64,000 bases of DNA, taken from NCBI GenBank assembly GCA_963665325.3, contig OZ224045.1:1760001-1824000 (forward strand), read 5' to 3'. Below, piece by piece: positions 49,341 through 59,294 of the stretch (its first letter is position 1; every line of letters starts with the position of its first letter). Origin of the DNA: Alphaproteobacteria bacterium (lineage in GTDB: Bacteria; Pseudomonadota; Alphaproteobacteria; Bin95). The position numbers and the translations under genes were made by a program. Below the pieces are notes generated by a model. That model searched no databases. It had not been told where the DNA came from and worked only from the letters and a program-made list of their open reading frames with translations.

Positions 49341-51083
49341 GTGCAACTCGACCCCGTGACCATCCGGATCCTCTGGAACCGCCTCATCACGATCGTCGAC
49401 GAGGCGGCGACGGGGCTCATGCGCACCGCCTATACCCCCTCGGTGAAGGAGTACCACGACTTCTGCTGCGCGCTGTTCGACGCCGACGCGCAGATGCTGT
49501 CCCACTCGACGGTCACGACCGCGGGATTCCTCGGCATCGTCCCGGAGGTGCTGCGCAACTTCATCGCGAAATACCCCCCGGAGACCCTCAGGCCGGGCGA
49601 CGCCATCATCACCAACGATCCCTGGATCGCGAGCGGCCACCTCATCGACATCTCGATCGCGGCCCCCATCTTTCATCGGGGCCGGATCGTCGGCTACACG
49701 CTCTGCATCGTCCACCACCTCGATATGGGCGGGCGGATGTCCACGCTCGAGTCGAAGGACATGTACGAGGAGGGGCTGAAGATCCCGATCCTCAAGCTCT
49801 TCGACGAAGGGCGGCTGAACGAGACCGTGTTCGACTTCATGCGGGCCAACATCCGGGTGCCGGACAAGGTGCTGGGCGATGTCCGGGCGCAGCTCGTCGC
49901 CAACAATGTCTGCTCGCGGGGGCTGAAGGGGCTGCTGGACGAATATCGGCTCGACGGGCTCGAGTCGCTGGGGGCCGAGGTCATCCGCCGCACCGAGTCG
50001 AGCCTCAGGCGCAAGATCGCGGCGCTCCCCGACGGGTCGTACCGCAATGTGGCGGTGCTCCCCAAGGTCCCGGGCTGCGACGACGAGATCGTTGTGAAAG
50101 TGGATGTCACGGTGGCGGGCGATAGCGTCACCGTCGACTATTCGGGCTCGTCGGGCGAGGTCGGGGCCGCGATCAACTGCTCCTACAACATGACGCGCTC
50201 CTACACCGCCTACCCCATCAAGCTCGCCCTGGACCCCCGTGTGCCGAACAATGAGGGCGGCCTGCGGCCCATCGAGGTGATTGCGCCGGAAGGCACCGTC
50301 GTCAATTCGCGCCCGCCCGCCGCCACCTGGGGCCGGACGATGATCTCGCACCTCTTTCCCGAGATCGTCTTCGCGACGATGGAGGGGATCATGCCGGAAT
50401 CGATCCTCGCCTCGAACGGCGGCTCTCCGGCCAACGAGGTCTATCTCCACGGCCGCCATTCCGACGGCCGGTCGTTCCTCGCGATCGCCCAGCACAGCGG
50501 CGGCTTCGGCGCGAGCGCCCGCCACGACGGCTATGCCTGCCTTTGCTTCCCCAACAACACGCGCAACATCCCCGTCGAGGTCACGGAGAACGAGGCGCGC
50601 ATGTACTATGTCCGCAAGGAGCTCCGCGCCGATTCGGGAGGGCCCGGCCGTAACCGCGGCGGGCTCGGCCAGGATATCGAGTTCGCGATTCTCGACGGCG
50701 GCAACGAGCGTGCCCGGGACGTCGAGAGCTCGGTGCGACTCAGCGGCCGCACCGAGGACGGCCCCTTTCCGGTGTTCGGCCGGCTCGGCGGCCGGAACGG
50801 GCGCGGCAGCGGCCTCTGGCACAATGGCGAGCCGGTTGATCACGGCATTTACCGGCGTCTCGCCCCCGGCGACCGCACGCGGTTCGTGCTGAGCGGCGGG
50901 GGCGGCTACGGCGACCCGTTCGAGCGCGAACCCGAGCGGGTGCTTGCCGACGTCGGTCAGGGCTATGTGACGGTCGAAAGCGCCGAGGAGGACTACGGCG
51001 TCGTCATCGACAGGGCGTCGATGACCGTCGACGAGGAGGCGACCCGGCGCCTCCGCGCCCGGGGGCGGTCGCCGGCGAAGTGA
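49341..51083 (+). CDS. Hydantoinase/oxoprolinase subunit B
   Basis: NDPW...HLID, HHLDMGG, DSGGPGRNRGG and GGGGYGDP motifs. Confidence 0.92.
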   Translation: MQLDPVTIRILWNRLITIVDEAATGLMRTAYTPSVKEYHDFCCALFDADAQMLSHSTVTTAGFLGIVPEVLRNFIAKYPPETLRPGDAIITNDPWIASGHLIDISIAAPIFHRGRIVGYTLCIVHHLDMGGRMSTLESKDMYEEGLKIPILKLFDEGRLNETVFDFMRANIRVPDKVLGDVRAQLVANNVCSRGLKGLLDEYRLDGLESLGAEVIRRTESSLRRKIAALPDGSYRNVAVLPKVPGCDDEIVVKVDVTVAGDSVTVDYSGSSGEVGAAINCSYNMTRSYTAYPIKLALDPRVPNNEGGLRPIEVIAPEGTVVNSRPPAATWGRTMISHLFPEIVFATMEGIMPESILASNGGSPANEVYLHGRHSDGRSFLAIAQHSGGFGASARHDGYACLCFPNNTRNIPVEVTENEARMYYVRKELRADSGGPGRNRGGLGQDIEFAILDGGNERARDVESSVRLSGRTEDGPFPVFGRLGGRNGRGSGLWHNGEPVDHGIYRRLAPGDRTRFVLSGGGGYGDPFEREPERVLADVGQGYVTVESAEEDYGVVIDRASMTVDEEATRRLRARGRSPAK

Positions 51084-51259
51084 AGACCGCGGACGGTCCG
51101 GCGGGACGGCGGGCGGCCGATTCGGTTGGACAAAGGGGAATTTTCGCTTCTACTGTCCATGCCCCTTTCGCGGGGGCGGGATGACTTGAACCGTTGGAAC
51201 CGCGGGAACCCCCCGGTCCTGCAGGGGACCGCCAGTCGAACGTGCCGGAAGCCTTGCTC

Positions 51260-52543
51260 ATGGACGGAGCCCTGAAGACAGACCCCTTCTGGTGGGAAGC
51301 CGCGCCGCGCCCCGACCCTGAGCCCGACGAACTGCCGGCGCGCGCCGATGCGGTGGTCGTCGGGGCCGGCTTCACGGGCCTCAGCGCCGCGCTGACGCTC
51401 GCGCGGGCGGGGCGCAAGGTCGTGGTGCTGGAAAAGGGCAGGCCGGGCGAGGGCGCGTCGAGTCGCAATGGCGGCATCGCCAGCGGCAATCTCCGGCGGA
51501 GCTTCGGCGGCATGATCCGTGCCTGGGGGCTGGAGCGCGCCAGGGCCGTGGAGGCCGAAGGGCAGGCCGCGCGCGCCGACCTCGCGCGCTTCATCGGGGA
51601 CGAGGGCATCGACTGCGACTGGAAGCAGACCGGGCGCTTCACCGGCGCGATGCGCCCGAAGCACTACGAGTCCATGGCTGCCGAATGCGAGCTGCTGAAC
51701 CGCCATCTGGACTACGGGGCCTGGATGGTGCCGAAAGCCGAGCAGCACGCGGAGATCGGCTCCGACCTCTATTGCGGCGGCATGGTGCGCGAGGACATCG
51801 GCGGGCTGCATCCCGGCAAGTTCCATCAGGGCATGCTCGACCGGGCGCTCGAAGCGGGCGTTGCCGTCCATGCGCGCACGGCGGTCGAGACCGTCGAGGA
51901 CGACAGCAGCACGAAACGGGTTCGAACCGCACGCGGCAGCATTGCGGCGCCGCATGTCATCGTGGCGACGAACGGCTATACCGGCCGCGAGGCGCCCTGG
52001 CTGCGCCGGCGCATCGTGCCGATCCCGAGCCAGATCGTCGCGACCGACCCGATCCCGAAGGAGGTGCTCGACCGGCTGATGCCGAAGCGCCGGATGCTGG
52101 GCGAGACGCGCAACCTCTACCACTATTTCCGCCCCGCGCCGGACGACAGCCGCATCGTGTTCGGCGGCAGGGCGGGGGCGCTCACCGACGACGAGTCGCG
52201 CAAGGCCCAGCGGCTCGGCGCCGGACTGGCGCAGATCTTCCCGGAACTTGCCGGCATCGGCGTCACCCACTGCTGGTTCGGCTATACCGGCTTCACCTTC
52301 GACTTCATGCCGAAGCTGGTGGTGCGCAACGGCGTGCACTACGCCGCCGGCTTCTGCGGCTCGGGCGTAGTCTGGGCGCGCTGGCTCGGCATGAAGGCGG
52401 CGCAGAGCATTGTCGGCAACCGGCCGCCGGAGACGGCCTTCGCCGCCGGCGATTTCGCCACCCGCCCGCTCTATTACGGCCGCCCCTGGTTCCTGCCCCT
52501 CATGGTCGGCTGGTACGAGTTCAAGGACCGGGTGGGGCTGTAG
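51260..52543 (+). CDS. DAO-family FAD-dependent oxidoreductase
   Basis: VVGAGFTG, GASSRNGG, LHPGK and ATNGYT motifs. Confidence 0.9.
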   Translation: MDGALKTDPFWWEAAPRPDPEPDELPARADAVVVGAGFTGLSAALTLARAGRKVVVLEKGRPGEGASSRNGGIASGNLRRSFGGMIRAWGLERARAVEAEGQAARADLARFIGDEGIDCDWKQTGRFTGAMRPKHYESMAAECELLNRHLDYGAWMVPKAEQHAEIGSDLYCGGMVREDIGGLHPGKFHQGMLDRALEAGVAVHARTAVETVEDDSSTKRVRTARGSIAAPHVIVATNGYTGREAPWLRRRIVPIPSQIVATDPIPKEVLDRLMPKRRMLGETRNLYHYFRPAPDDSRIVFGGRAGALTDDESRKAQRLGAGLAQIFPELAGIGVTHCWFGYTGFTFDFMPKLVVRNGVHYAAGFCGSGVVWARWLGMKAAQSIVGNRPPETAFAAGDFATRPLYYGRPWFLPLMVGWYEFKDRVGL

Positions 52544-52549
52544 CCCACA

Positions 52550-53071
52550 TCAGCGCCCTCCGGATATCGCCCTGAAAATGCGGAGCCCTGCGCCCCGCCT
52601 GTCGAAGACAAGGTGCTTGATGGCGCCGAGCAGGTGGAGGGCGACCAGCGGGATGAAGAGATGGCCCGCGACGTCGTGGACCCGTTCCACGATTTCATGC
52701 ACGGCCCGGTTCGCTCCCATCGGGGAGGGAATTCCGAGTCCGAACACGTCCAGCTCCTGCCCGAGCGACCAGGGGAGCAAATATCCGGAGACCACGACAA
52801 CCACGATCGCGACAAGCAGCGCCCGGTGAACGAGCCATGCCGCGAGATTGAAGACGGCCCACTGGTCCGGTGCGTCGGGCATGCCGCGCCTCATCCGGTG
52901 CCATACCCGCCACAGGAGAAACAGCCCGGCAATTGCGCCGCCGCTCACATGAAAGACATAGGCGGCGCTGCCTCGTTCTCCTTCGTGGGTGAAGAACAGC
53001 GAGACGACCAGGATTGCCGCCAGCCAGTGGACGAGGATGGAGGAGAGCGAGTAGCCGTCGCTGCGGGTCAT
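52550..53071 (-). CDS. Cytochrome b561-like protein
   Basis: Four TM helices with His ligands (VHW, FHV, VHD, LHL..AIKH). Confidence 0.85.
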   Translation of the reverse strand: MTRSDGYSLSSILVHWLAAILVVSLFFTHEGERGSAAYVFHVSGGAIAGLFLLWRVWHRMRRGMPDAPDQWAVFNLAAWLVHRALLVAIVVVVVSGYLLPWSLGQELDVFGLGIPSPMGANRAVHEIVERVHDVAGHLFIPLVALHLLGAIKHLVFDRRGAGLRIFRAISGGR

Positions 53072-53081
53072 GGGACTTCCC

Positions 53082-53570
53082 TCAGTCCGGTCGAGCCGGG
53101 CGCGGCGCCGGTTGGTGTTGACTGCGCCGGCCGGACCAGCGCCGGACCCTCGCGCAATAGGCGTCGTATTCCGCGCCGAACCGTCTTTGCATCACCTCCT
53201 CTTCGTAGGCGATGTACCAGTAGCGGACGATGAGGGCGAAGACCGCGGCGAGGATGAGCGCCGCCGCCGTCGCCGAGGCGAGCGCGGCGCCGAAGCCCGC
53301 CAGCACAAGACCCAGATACATCGGGTTGCGGCTGACGGTGTAAAGCCCGTCGGTGACCAGCATGTCCGGGTCCTCGAATGTATAGACATTCGTTCCCGCC
53401 CGCTGGAACCGCATCTTGCCGGCGACGGAGATGGCGATGCCCAGGACAGCGAGCGCCCCGCCGGCCCAGGGCAGCCAGGGCCGGTCGAACCGTTCGAGGG
53501 GCAGGAACAGGTATGCCGCCAGAATGGCGGCAATCAGGATCCAGAAGAGCGTCGGGGGATTGATGCGCAT
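53082..53570 (-). CDS. Isoprenylcysteine carboxylmethyltransferase/PEMT family protein
   Basis: LVTDGLY..SRNPMYLG and EE...FG..Y..Y...V.RW motifs. Confidence 0.87.
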   Translation of the reverse strand: MRINPPTLFWILIAAILAAYLFLPLERFDRPWLPWAGGALAVLGIAISVAGKMRFQRAGTNVYTFEDPDMLVTDGLYTVSRNPMYLGLVLAGFGAALASATAAALILAAVFALIVRYWYIAYEEEVMQRRFGAEYDAYCARVRRWSGRRSQHQPAPRPARPD

Positions 53571-53706
53571 GGCTTGCCCTCGCAGAAGCGAATGCCGCCT
53601 TCTGTAGGACCTGTATGTAACGCGCCTGTGTCCCGGCCCGCCCCAATCGGTAACGCCGTGTTTCCGGAGGGCGCTCCGTTACGCTCCGTAACCGAAGATC
53701 GCGCCC

Positions 53707-54330
53707 TCAGACCTCCTGCGCCTTGAGGCCGCGCTGCACTGCCGGGCGGGCGGTCATGATGTCGTACCAGCGCTTCACATTCGGAAAGCGGTCGAAGTCG
53801 AGGTCGATCCACTCATAGCGGCAGGCCCAGGGATAGACGGCGACATCGGCGATGGAATAGTCGTCGCAGAGGAAGTCCCGCCCCTCCAGCCGCCGGTCCA
53901 TGACGCCGTAGAGCCGGTAGCTCTCCTCGGTATAGCGCTCGATGCCGTAGTGCACCTCGACCTTGGCCGCGCGCCGGAAATGGTGCGCCTGGCCCTGCAT
54001 CGGCCCGACGCCGCCCATCTGCCACATCAGCCATTGCAGAACCTCGTAGCGCTTGCGCGGCTCCGTCGGCCAGAGCGGGCTCCCGGTTTTCTCGGCGAGG
54101 TAGATCAGGATGGCGCCGCTCTCGAACAGCGAAATCGGCCCGCCGTCGGGGCCTTCGGGGTCGATGATCGCCGGGATGCGGTTGTTCGGGCTGATCTTGA
54201 GGAAATCGGGGTGGAACTGCTCGTCCTTGCCGATATTGACCGGGTGCCACTGGTACTCGAGCCCCAGCTCCTCCAGCATGATCGAGATCTTGCGCCCGTT
54301 GGACGTGTTCCAGCTATGGAGATGAATCAT
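53707..54330 (-). CDS. Glutathione S-transferase (YfcG-like)
   Basis: ISPNNRIPAI, FESGAIL.YLA and YSIAD motifs. Confidence 0.92.
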   Translation of the reverse strand: MIHLHSWNTSNGRKISIMLEELGLEYQWHPVNIGKDEQFHPDFLKISPNNRIPAIIDPEGPDGGPISLFESGAILIYLAEKTGSPLWPTEPRKRYEVLQWLMWQMGGVGPMQGQAHHFRRAAKVEVHYGIERYTEESYRLYGVMDRRLEGRDFLCDDYSIADVAVYPWACRYEWIDLDFDRFPNVKRWYDIMTARPAVQRGLKAQEV

Positions 54331-54380
54331 TGAGGCCGTTTCCCCCGGCAATTCTCGTTTCGCGCAACCGCAGGCCGACC

Positions 54381-55487
54381 TTACCCGCCGGCCGCACCAT
54401 TGGCGAGCAGGGCATCGATGCGCGGGGGCGCCATGCCGGTGGCGCGGACGGACGCGGTGATTGCGTCCCAGGCCTCATCGGCGAGCGGCAGGCCGTAGGC
54501 GCGGCGCTCGGCGGCGGTGGCCCGCTCCGGGTCGCCGGGCACCAGCACCGGCTTGTCCGGGTCGGCAGGCCGGGCGGACAGCAGCCACTCGACATAGTCC
54601 TCCACCGCTGTGGCGAAGGCCTCGCCCGGGCCGAAGGCGTCCGGCACGGCGTAAAGCGAGAACATGCCGTTGGCGAACGGCCGCTGCTCCGGGCCGCAAA
54701 CGCCGTTCCCGGTGAGCGCGCCGCCCAGCAGCTCGCACATCAGCGCCAGGCCCGAGCCCTTGTGATCGCCCATGGCGCGGATGGCGCCCTCGCCATTGCG
54801 GAATTGCGGCGGCGCGTCGGGTCCCGCCGAGCCGTAAAGCGCCACCGGGTCGCTTGTAAGCCGGCCCTCTCCGTCGATCAGCGCATGATCCGGCACCGGC
54901 TTGCCGCCCTTGGCGGCGACCAGCACCTTGCCTTCCGCTACCACGGACGTGGCGAAGTCGAGCACCAGCGGGTCCCGGTCCCTGCGCGGCACGGCGACAC
55001 AGAAGGGTGCGGTCGAGAAGCGCCGCTCGCGCGCGCCGTAGGGCGCAACCAGGATGCTGCCGCGCGCATTCACGAAATGGACCGAGACCAGGCCTTCCTC
55101 AGCGGCCATCGCGGCCCACTCGCCGATGCGGCCGAGATGGCCGGTATTGCGCAGCGCCACCACGCCGACGCCGCCTGAGCGCGCCTTGTCGATGCCGCAG
55201 CGCACGGCCTGCGGGCCGATGGTCTGGCCGAAGCCGAGCCGCCCGTCGAGCACCGCCATCGCGCCGGTGTCCGATACGGTCTCCACCTCGCGGTCCGCCA
55301 CGACCCGCCCGTCGCGCAGCATGTCCAGGTAGCGCGGGACGCGCACGATGCCGTGGCTGTCATGGCCGGCAAGGTTGGCCGATACCAACGAGACGGCAAT
55401 GCGCGCGCCCTCGGCATCGGAACAGCCCGCCGCAGCGAAGGCTTCGCCGATCAGGGATTCGGCGGTTTCGACCGGTATGCGAGGCAC
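54381..55487 (-). CDS. Ldh_2-family (malate/L-lactate/ureidoglycolate) dehydrogenase
   Basis: GHDSHG, GHLGRIG, LDFATS and HKGSGL motifs. Confidence 0.9.
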   Translation of the reverse strand: MPRIPVETAESLIGEAFAAAGCSDAEGARIAVSLVSANLAGHDSHGIVRVPRYLDMLRDGRVVADREVETVSDTGAMAVLDGRLGFGQTIGPQAVRCGIDKARSGGVGVVALRNTGHLGRIGEWAAMAAEEGLVSVHFVNARGSILVAPYGARERRFSTAPFCVAVPRRDRDPLVLDFATSVVAEGKVLVAAKGGKPVPDHALIDGEGRLTSDPVALYGSAGPDAPPQFRNGEGAIRAMGDHKGSGLALMCELLGGALTGNGVCGPEQRPFANGMFSLYAVPDAFGPGEAFATAVEDYVEWLLSARPADPDKPVLVPGDPERATAAERRAYGLPLADEAWDAITASVRATGMAPPRIDALLANGAAGG

Positions 55488-55497
55488 CGGGTTCTCC

Positions 55498-56532
55498 TCA
55501 GAGTGTCGGGAACAGCACTCCGAAGACGATACCGGAGAGGACCGCGCCCGCAAATCCGAGTCCGACATAGGCCGCGAAGACAGGGCGTCGCACCAGCGCA
55601 TAGACGGCCGTCATAGCCGGGATGCAGCTCACCGCGCCCGCCACCATGAACGCCATGCCGGCGCCGTTGGTCATGCCCTGCTCGATCAGTCCGGCAACGA
55701 GCGCCGGGGCCGCATAGCCGTTCAGATAGGCGGGCGCGCCCACCAGCGCCGCGACGACGATCGGCAACAGTCCCTCGCCGCCGACCGCGCCCGCAATCGC
55801 CTCCGCCGGCAGCCAGGCCAGCATCAGGCTCTCCAGCAGGTAGGCGAGCGTCAGCCATTTGAGCAGGAAGAGCGCATTGTCCCGCGCCTCGGATGCGAAG
55901 AGCCGCCGACGGTCGGCATCTCCCCAGAAGCGCCATTCCGGCGCGCCGCCGAACGCGCTCGGGGCGCCGCAGCAACCGCCGGCCTCGCGCGGTCTCACGG
56001 GGTTTGCGAACAGGCCGGCGCCCATCGCCGCCTGCACCGCGAAACCGCCCATGAGGCCGACGCCGACGGCAGCCACGGTCTTGCCGACGGCAAACGGCCA
56101 GCCGAGCGCGCCGGCGGTGATGAGGAAGGCGGCGGGGTCCATCAGCGGCGAGGACAGCCAGAACGCCATCACCGCCGAAACCGGCGTGCCGAGCGCCAGC
56201 AGCGCCGCGACGAAGGGGATCACCTCGCAGGAGCAGAAGGGCGCGAGCCCGCCGACCAGAGCCGCCAGCACGATCATCCGGGTTTCCCGCCCGACAAAGG
56301 CCCGCGCCACCAGCGCGTCCGCGCCCGTTGCTTTCAACACCGCGACAGCCAGCACCGCAAAGGCGATGAAGGGCAGGGTCTGCGCGAGCGCCCCCAGCGT
56401 GGAGGACACGGACGGCCGGAACTGGGCCGGATCGGCAAGCGCGACCGCTGCCAGGATGATGAGCACGGCCGGCCAGACGCGGCCGATATTCGGCCATTCC
56501 AAGCGTCTCAGGGTAGCAACAAGGGCCGTCAT
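55498..56532 (-). CDS. ArsP/DUF318-type permease
   Basis: PFCSCEVIP and SSPLMDP motifs; multi-TM; downstream of ArsR. Confidence 0.87.
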   Translation of the reverse strand: MTALVATLRRLEWPNIGRVWPAVLIILAAVALADPAQFRPSVSSTLGALAQTLPFIAFAVLAVAVLKATGADALVARAFVGRETRMIVLAALVGGLAPFCSCEVIPFVAALLALGTPVSAVMAFWLSSPLMDPAAFLITAGALGWPFAVGKTVAAVGVGLMGGFAVQAAMGAGLFANPVRPREAGGCCGAPSAFGGAPEWRFWGDADRRRLFASEARDNALFLLKWLTLAYLLESLMLAWLPAEAIAGAVGGEGLLPIVVAALVGAPAYLNGYAAPALVAGLIEQGMTNGAGMAFMVAGAVSCIPAMTAVYALVRRPVFAAYVGLGFAGAVLSGIVFGVLFPTL

Positions 56533-56560
56533 CGGGCGGTCTCTATTTCGGTATTTCTAA

Positions 56561-56884
56561 CTAAATCGAAATATGCCGATGGCCGGAAGAGCTGTCAAGC
56601 TCGTCGGCGCAGCATTCCTTCAGCAGGAAACCGAGCGTCTCCGTCATCGCTTCGGCATTGGCGCGGCAGATGAGCGTGGTGCCGCGCCGCTCCCGGCTCA
56701 TCAGGCCGCAATCCACCAGCCGGCGCAGATGGTGCGAGAGCGTGGAGCGGGGAACGCCGGTGCGCTCATGAATATCGTTGACGGCAAGTCCCCGCTCGCC
56801 CGCCCGCACCACATGGCGGAACACGGCAAGCCGCGTCTCGTTGCCGAGCACTTCCAGGCGGACGGCGATTTCACCAAGCGTCAT
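56561..56884 (-). CDS. ArsR-family regulator
   Basis: LGNETRLAVFR, STLSHHL and C-terminal ECC. Confidence 0.9.
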   Translation of the reverse strand: MTLGEIAVRLEVLGNETRLAVFRHVVRAGERGLAVNDIHERTGVPRSTLSHHLRRLVDCGLMSRERRGTTLICRANAEAMTETLGFLLKECCADELDSSSGHRHISI

Positions 56885-56988
56885 GGGGCCGCAGTATAGA
56901 GTGGAATAACGGCCGCGCCGCATCGTCTGCGCGAGCGCCCCTGCCAGTACGCTTCGGCGCCCGCAAATCTACGATGAAATTCCAAAAA

Positions 56989-57003
56989 GTTCTCTTATTG
57001 TTC
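56989..57003 (+). promoter_or_regulatory. Alphaproteobacterial LexA (SOS) box
   Basis: GTTC-TCTTATT-GTTC (GTTC-N7-GTTC), next to TTGACT...TAGACT. Confidence 0.6.
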
Positions 57004-57255
57004 GTTTCACTGCTTGACTTATGAGAAAATGTGCTAGACTGTCCATGAAGGAAGGGGCATCCGGGGCCGCTTCTCCGGCGCCGCGCGGCGCCATTTTCAA
57101 AAGACCCATCCAGAATACACGGGAGACGTGCGCCCAGCGTCTCGCGCGCGCAATCAGGCGCACGAACCGCGCCGGCGCCAACGGGCGCCCCCGCCCGCGC
57201 GCAAACCGCGCGCGGTAAAGGGACCCGCCGCTCCCGGACCGGCAAGGAGACATGG

Positions 57256-57553
57256 ATGACCGCAGCCGACCCCCGTCCCGCCCTGGCGCCGGCCGCCGAA
57301 GCCCTCGCCGCAGCCTATGTCCAGAACATGGGCGCCGGGCCGCCGCCGCCCGACGACCGCGCCCGAGCCGAATGCCACCGGGCCGGGCGCGCCGCGCTCG
57401 CCCATCTGCGCCAGCTTCTGGCCGTAATGGACTGGGCCGCCGCACATTTGCCCGAGCCGGCCGCAGCGCCCCTCGAAGTCTGGCTACGATGGGAGCGAGG
57501 ACGAGTACTGCCATGGCGAAAGGAAATATGTCGGAAAGCTGAGGACACCCGCA
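57256..57553 (+). CDS. Small hypothetical protein; 3' end runs into a palindromic element
   Basis: AAGGAGA RBS; helical HRAGRAALAHLRQLL..MDW segment; true stop unclear. Confidence 0.45.
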
Positions 57554-57759
57554 CTAGAGCGGAAGCCATTCGGATTGAATCGCAATTGGGACTGAACCCA
57601 AAACCGTCACCCCGGCCTACGAGCCGGGGTCCAGAACGGCTTTCAAAACTTGGTGAAGTCCCGGTAGGCTGGACCCCGGATCTCCGCTGCGCTCCGTCCG
57701 GGGTGACAATTGAGACTGCACGTTCGACTTCGTTTCAACTCGAATGGCCCGTGCCCTGG
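57554..57759. repeat. Nested palindromic MITE-like element
   Basis: Outer imperfect 29-bp inverted repeat (20/29) starting CTAG; inner GTCACCCCGG...CCGGGGTCCA / TGGACCCCGG...CCGGGGTGAC at 57606-57707. Confidence 0.7.
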
Positions 57760-57926
57760 CGCACCGGCAGGCCCCGGATTTCTCCCAGCGCAAGGTCTTC
57801 GAACGGCGTCAGGCGCATCTCATCGAGGCCTCGCATCGTCCGCGTCGCCATAACGCCTGCTCCCGCCAGGCCGAGCGCGGACTCATGCACGGCCGCCAGC
57901 GCGTCTCCTCTGGATTACTTGGCCAT
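57760..57926 (-). pseudogene. HigA/XRE-like antitoxin remnant
   Basis: MAK*SRGDALAAVHESALGLAGAGVM..TMRGLDEMRLTP; internal stop; cut before the HTH by the palindromic element. Confidence 0.55.
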
Positions 57927-57978
57927 CGCAGATCGCCTCGAAAACAGCTCTGTTGGACATGCTTCCCTGAGACAGGCC

Positions 57979-58755
57979 TCACACGATCTCCAGCTCCACC
58001 GTGCCCAGCGCCTCGTGGGTATAGACGGCGCGGTTGCCGGCCTCCAGGAACTGCGTCGGCACGATGGAGCCGGTCATCACGAGCTCGCCGGCGCGGAGCG
58101 GGCGGCCGCGGGCGATGGCGTTGTTGGCGAGCCAGGCCAGCGGCTCAAAGGGATGGCCCATGGCGTCGCCGCCCCGGCCCTCGCCCACGGGCTTGCCGTC
58201 GATCTCCAGGCTGCCGCGCGCGCCCACGAGGTCGAGCGCCTGCCAGTCGGCGATTTCCGGGCCGGCGACGACACCGCCGTTCCAGGCATTGTCGGCGATG
58301 AGCTCGAAGGCGTTCATGTTGTTGTAGTCGGCCTCGCGGTCGTCGATGAGCTCGAAAGCGGCCGCGACCGCGCCGACATGGCCCGCCACGCTCTCCCGCG
58401 TCCAGGGGCGGCCCGTGTCCGGCAGGTCGTCCGCGAGGCGCACCATCGCCTCGCATTCGAGCCCGATGCGCATCAGCGACGAGCGCGGCAGCCGGGCGGG
58501 AGAGCGGTGGACGCGCTCGGCGAAGATCGCGCCGGCGCAGGGCTGGTCGATGCCGGGCACGACGCGGCGCATGGCGGCGGAGGTCAGCGCCACCTTCCAG
58601 CCCGCAATCGGCAGGGCGAGGGCGTCCACGAACGCCCCCTGTACCCGGTAGGCGTCCTCCTCGGATTGCGGCGCAATGCCGGCAGGCAGGCGCTCGAAGC
58701 GCCGGCCCTCCCGGTGCGCGGCGAGCAGGAAGTCCGCCGCTGCCTCGACAGTCAC
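57979..58755 (-). CDS. 2-keto-4-pentenoate hydratase / FAH family
   Basis: GWKVALTS, LECE, IADNA, GHP and GELVMTGS motifs. Confidence 0.88.
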   Translation of the reverse strand: MTVEAAADFLLAAHREGRRFERLPAGIAPQSEEDAYRVQGAFVDALALPIAGWKVALTSAAMRRVVPGIDQPCAGAIFAERVHRSPARLPRSSLMRIGLECEAMVRLADDLPDTGRPWTRESVAGHVGAVAAAFELIDDREADYNNMNAFELIADNAWNGGVVAGPEIADWQALDLVGARGSLEIDGKPVGEGRGGDAMGHPFEPLAWLANNAIARGRPLRAGELVMTGSIVPTQFLEAGNRAVYTHEALGTVELEIV

Positions 58756-59153
58756 ACGCCCATCTCCTCGAACACCTTCGAGGCTTCCCTGAACGCCTCG
58801 ACGGCGGCCGGCACGCCGGCATAGATGCCGACCTGCAGGAACACCTCGGCGATCTCTTCCTTGGTGACGCCATTGTTGAGCGCCCCGCGCGTGTGCAGGC
58901 GAAGCTCGTGCGTGCGCCCCAGCGCCGCCAGCATGGTCAGGTTCATGATGCTGCGGGTCTTGTCCGGCAGGCCGTCGCGGCACCACACCGTGCCCCAGCA
59001 ATATTCGGTGACGAATTGCTGGAGCTGGTGGGCGAAATCGTCCTCCGCGCCCCTGGCGATGGAGGGCCCGACATATTCTTCGCCGAGCACGCGGCGGCGG
59101 GCGGCCAGCCCCTGTTCGAAGCCCGGGGTGCGGTCGTAGCTGCTGAGGTCCAT
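58752..59153 (-). CDS. Carboxymuconolactone decarboxylase family protein
   Basis: RRRVLG..YV, WGTVW.R.GL and YAGVPAA motifs. Confidence 0.9.
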   Translation of the reverse strand: MDLSSYDRTPGFEQGLAARRRVLGEEYVGPSIARGAEDDFAHQLQQFVTEYCWGTVWCRDGLPDKTRSIMNLTMLAALGRTHELRLHTRGALNNGVTKEEIAEVFLQVGIYAGVPAAVEAFREASKVFEEMGV

Positions 59154-59294
59154 GGTCTTGTTCGCTCCGTTTCGGTCCCCCGCAGCAAACCCTATTCGCG
59201 GTCCCCGCTCAAGCGGGGCCGGGGAGGAGGCTCATGACAAAACATGACATCCCATGACATCCCGCGGGGGTCCCGCTCCCGGCCCCGCAGCCTG

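Noticed and set aside
47025-50843. 1272-aa minus-strand ORF, and similar long shadow ORFs such as 26806..29448 and 38142..39842
   Set aside because: These are antisense to well-supported genes, an expected high-GC artefact, and carry no motifs.
46939-52543. Genomic island integrated at tRNA-Glu
   Set aside because: No adjacent integrase, and no duplicated tRNA 3' end was seen.
57256-58824. 522-aa ORF
   Set aside because: It reads through a palindromic element and then antisense to the hydratase gene; only the first ~100 codons are plausible.
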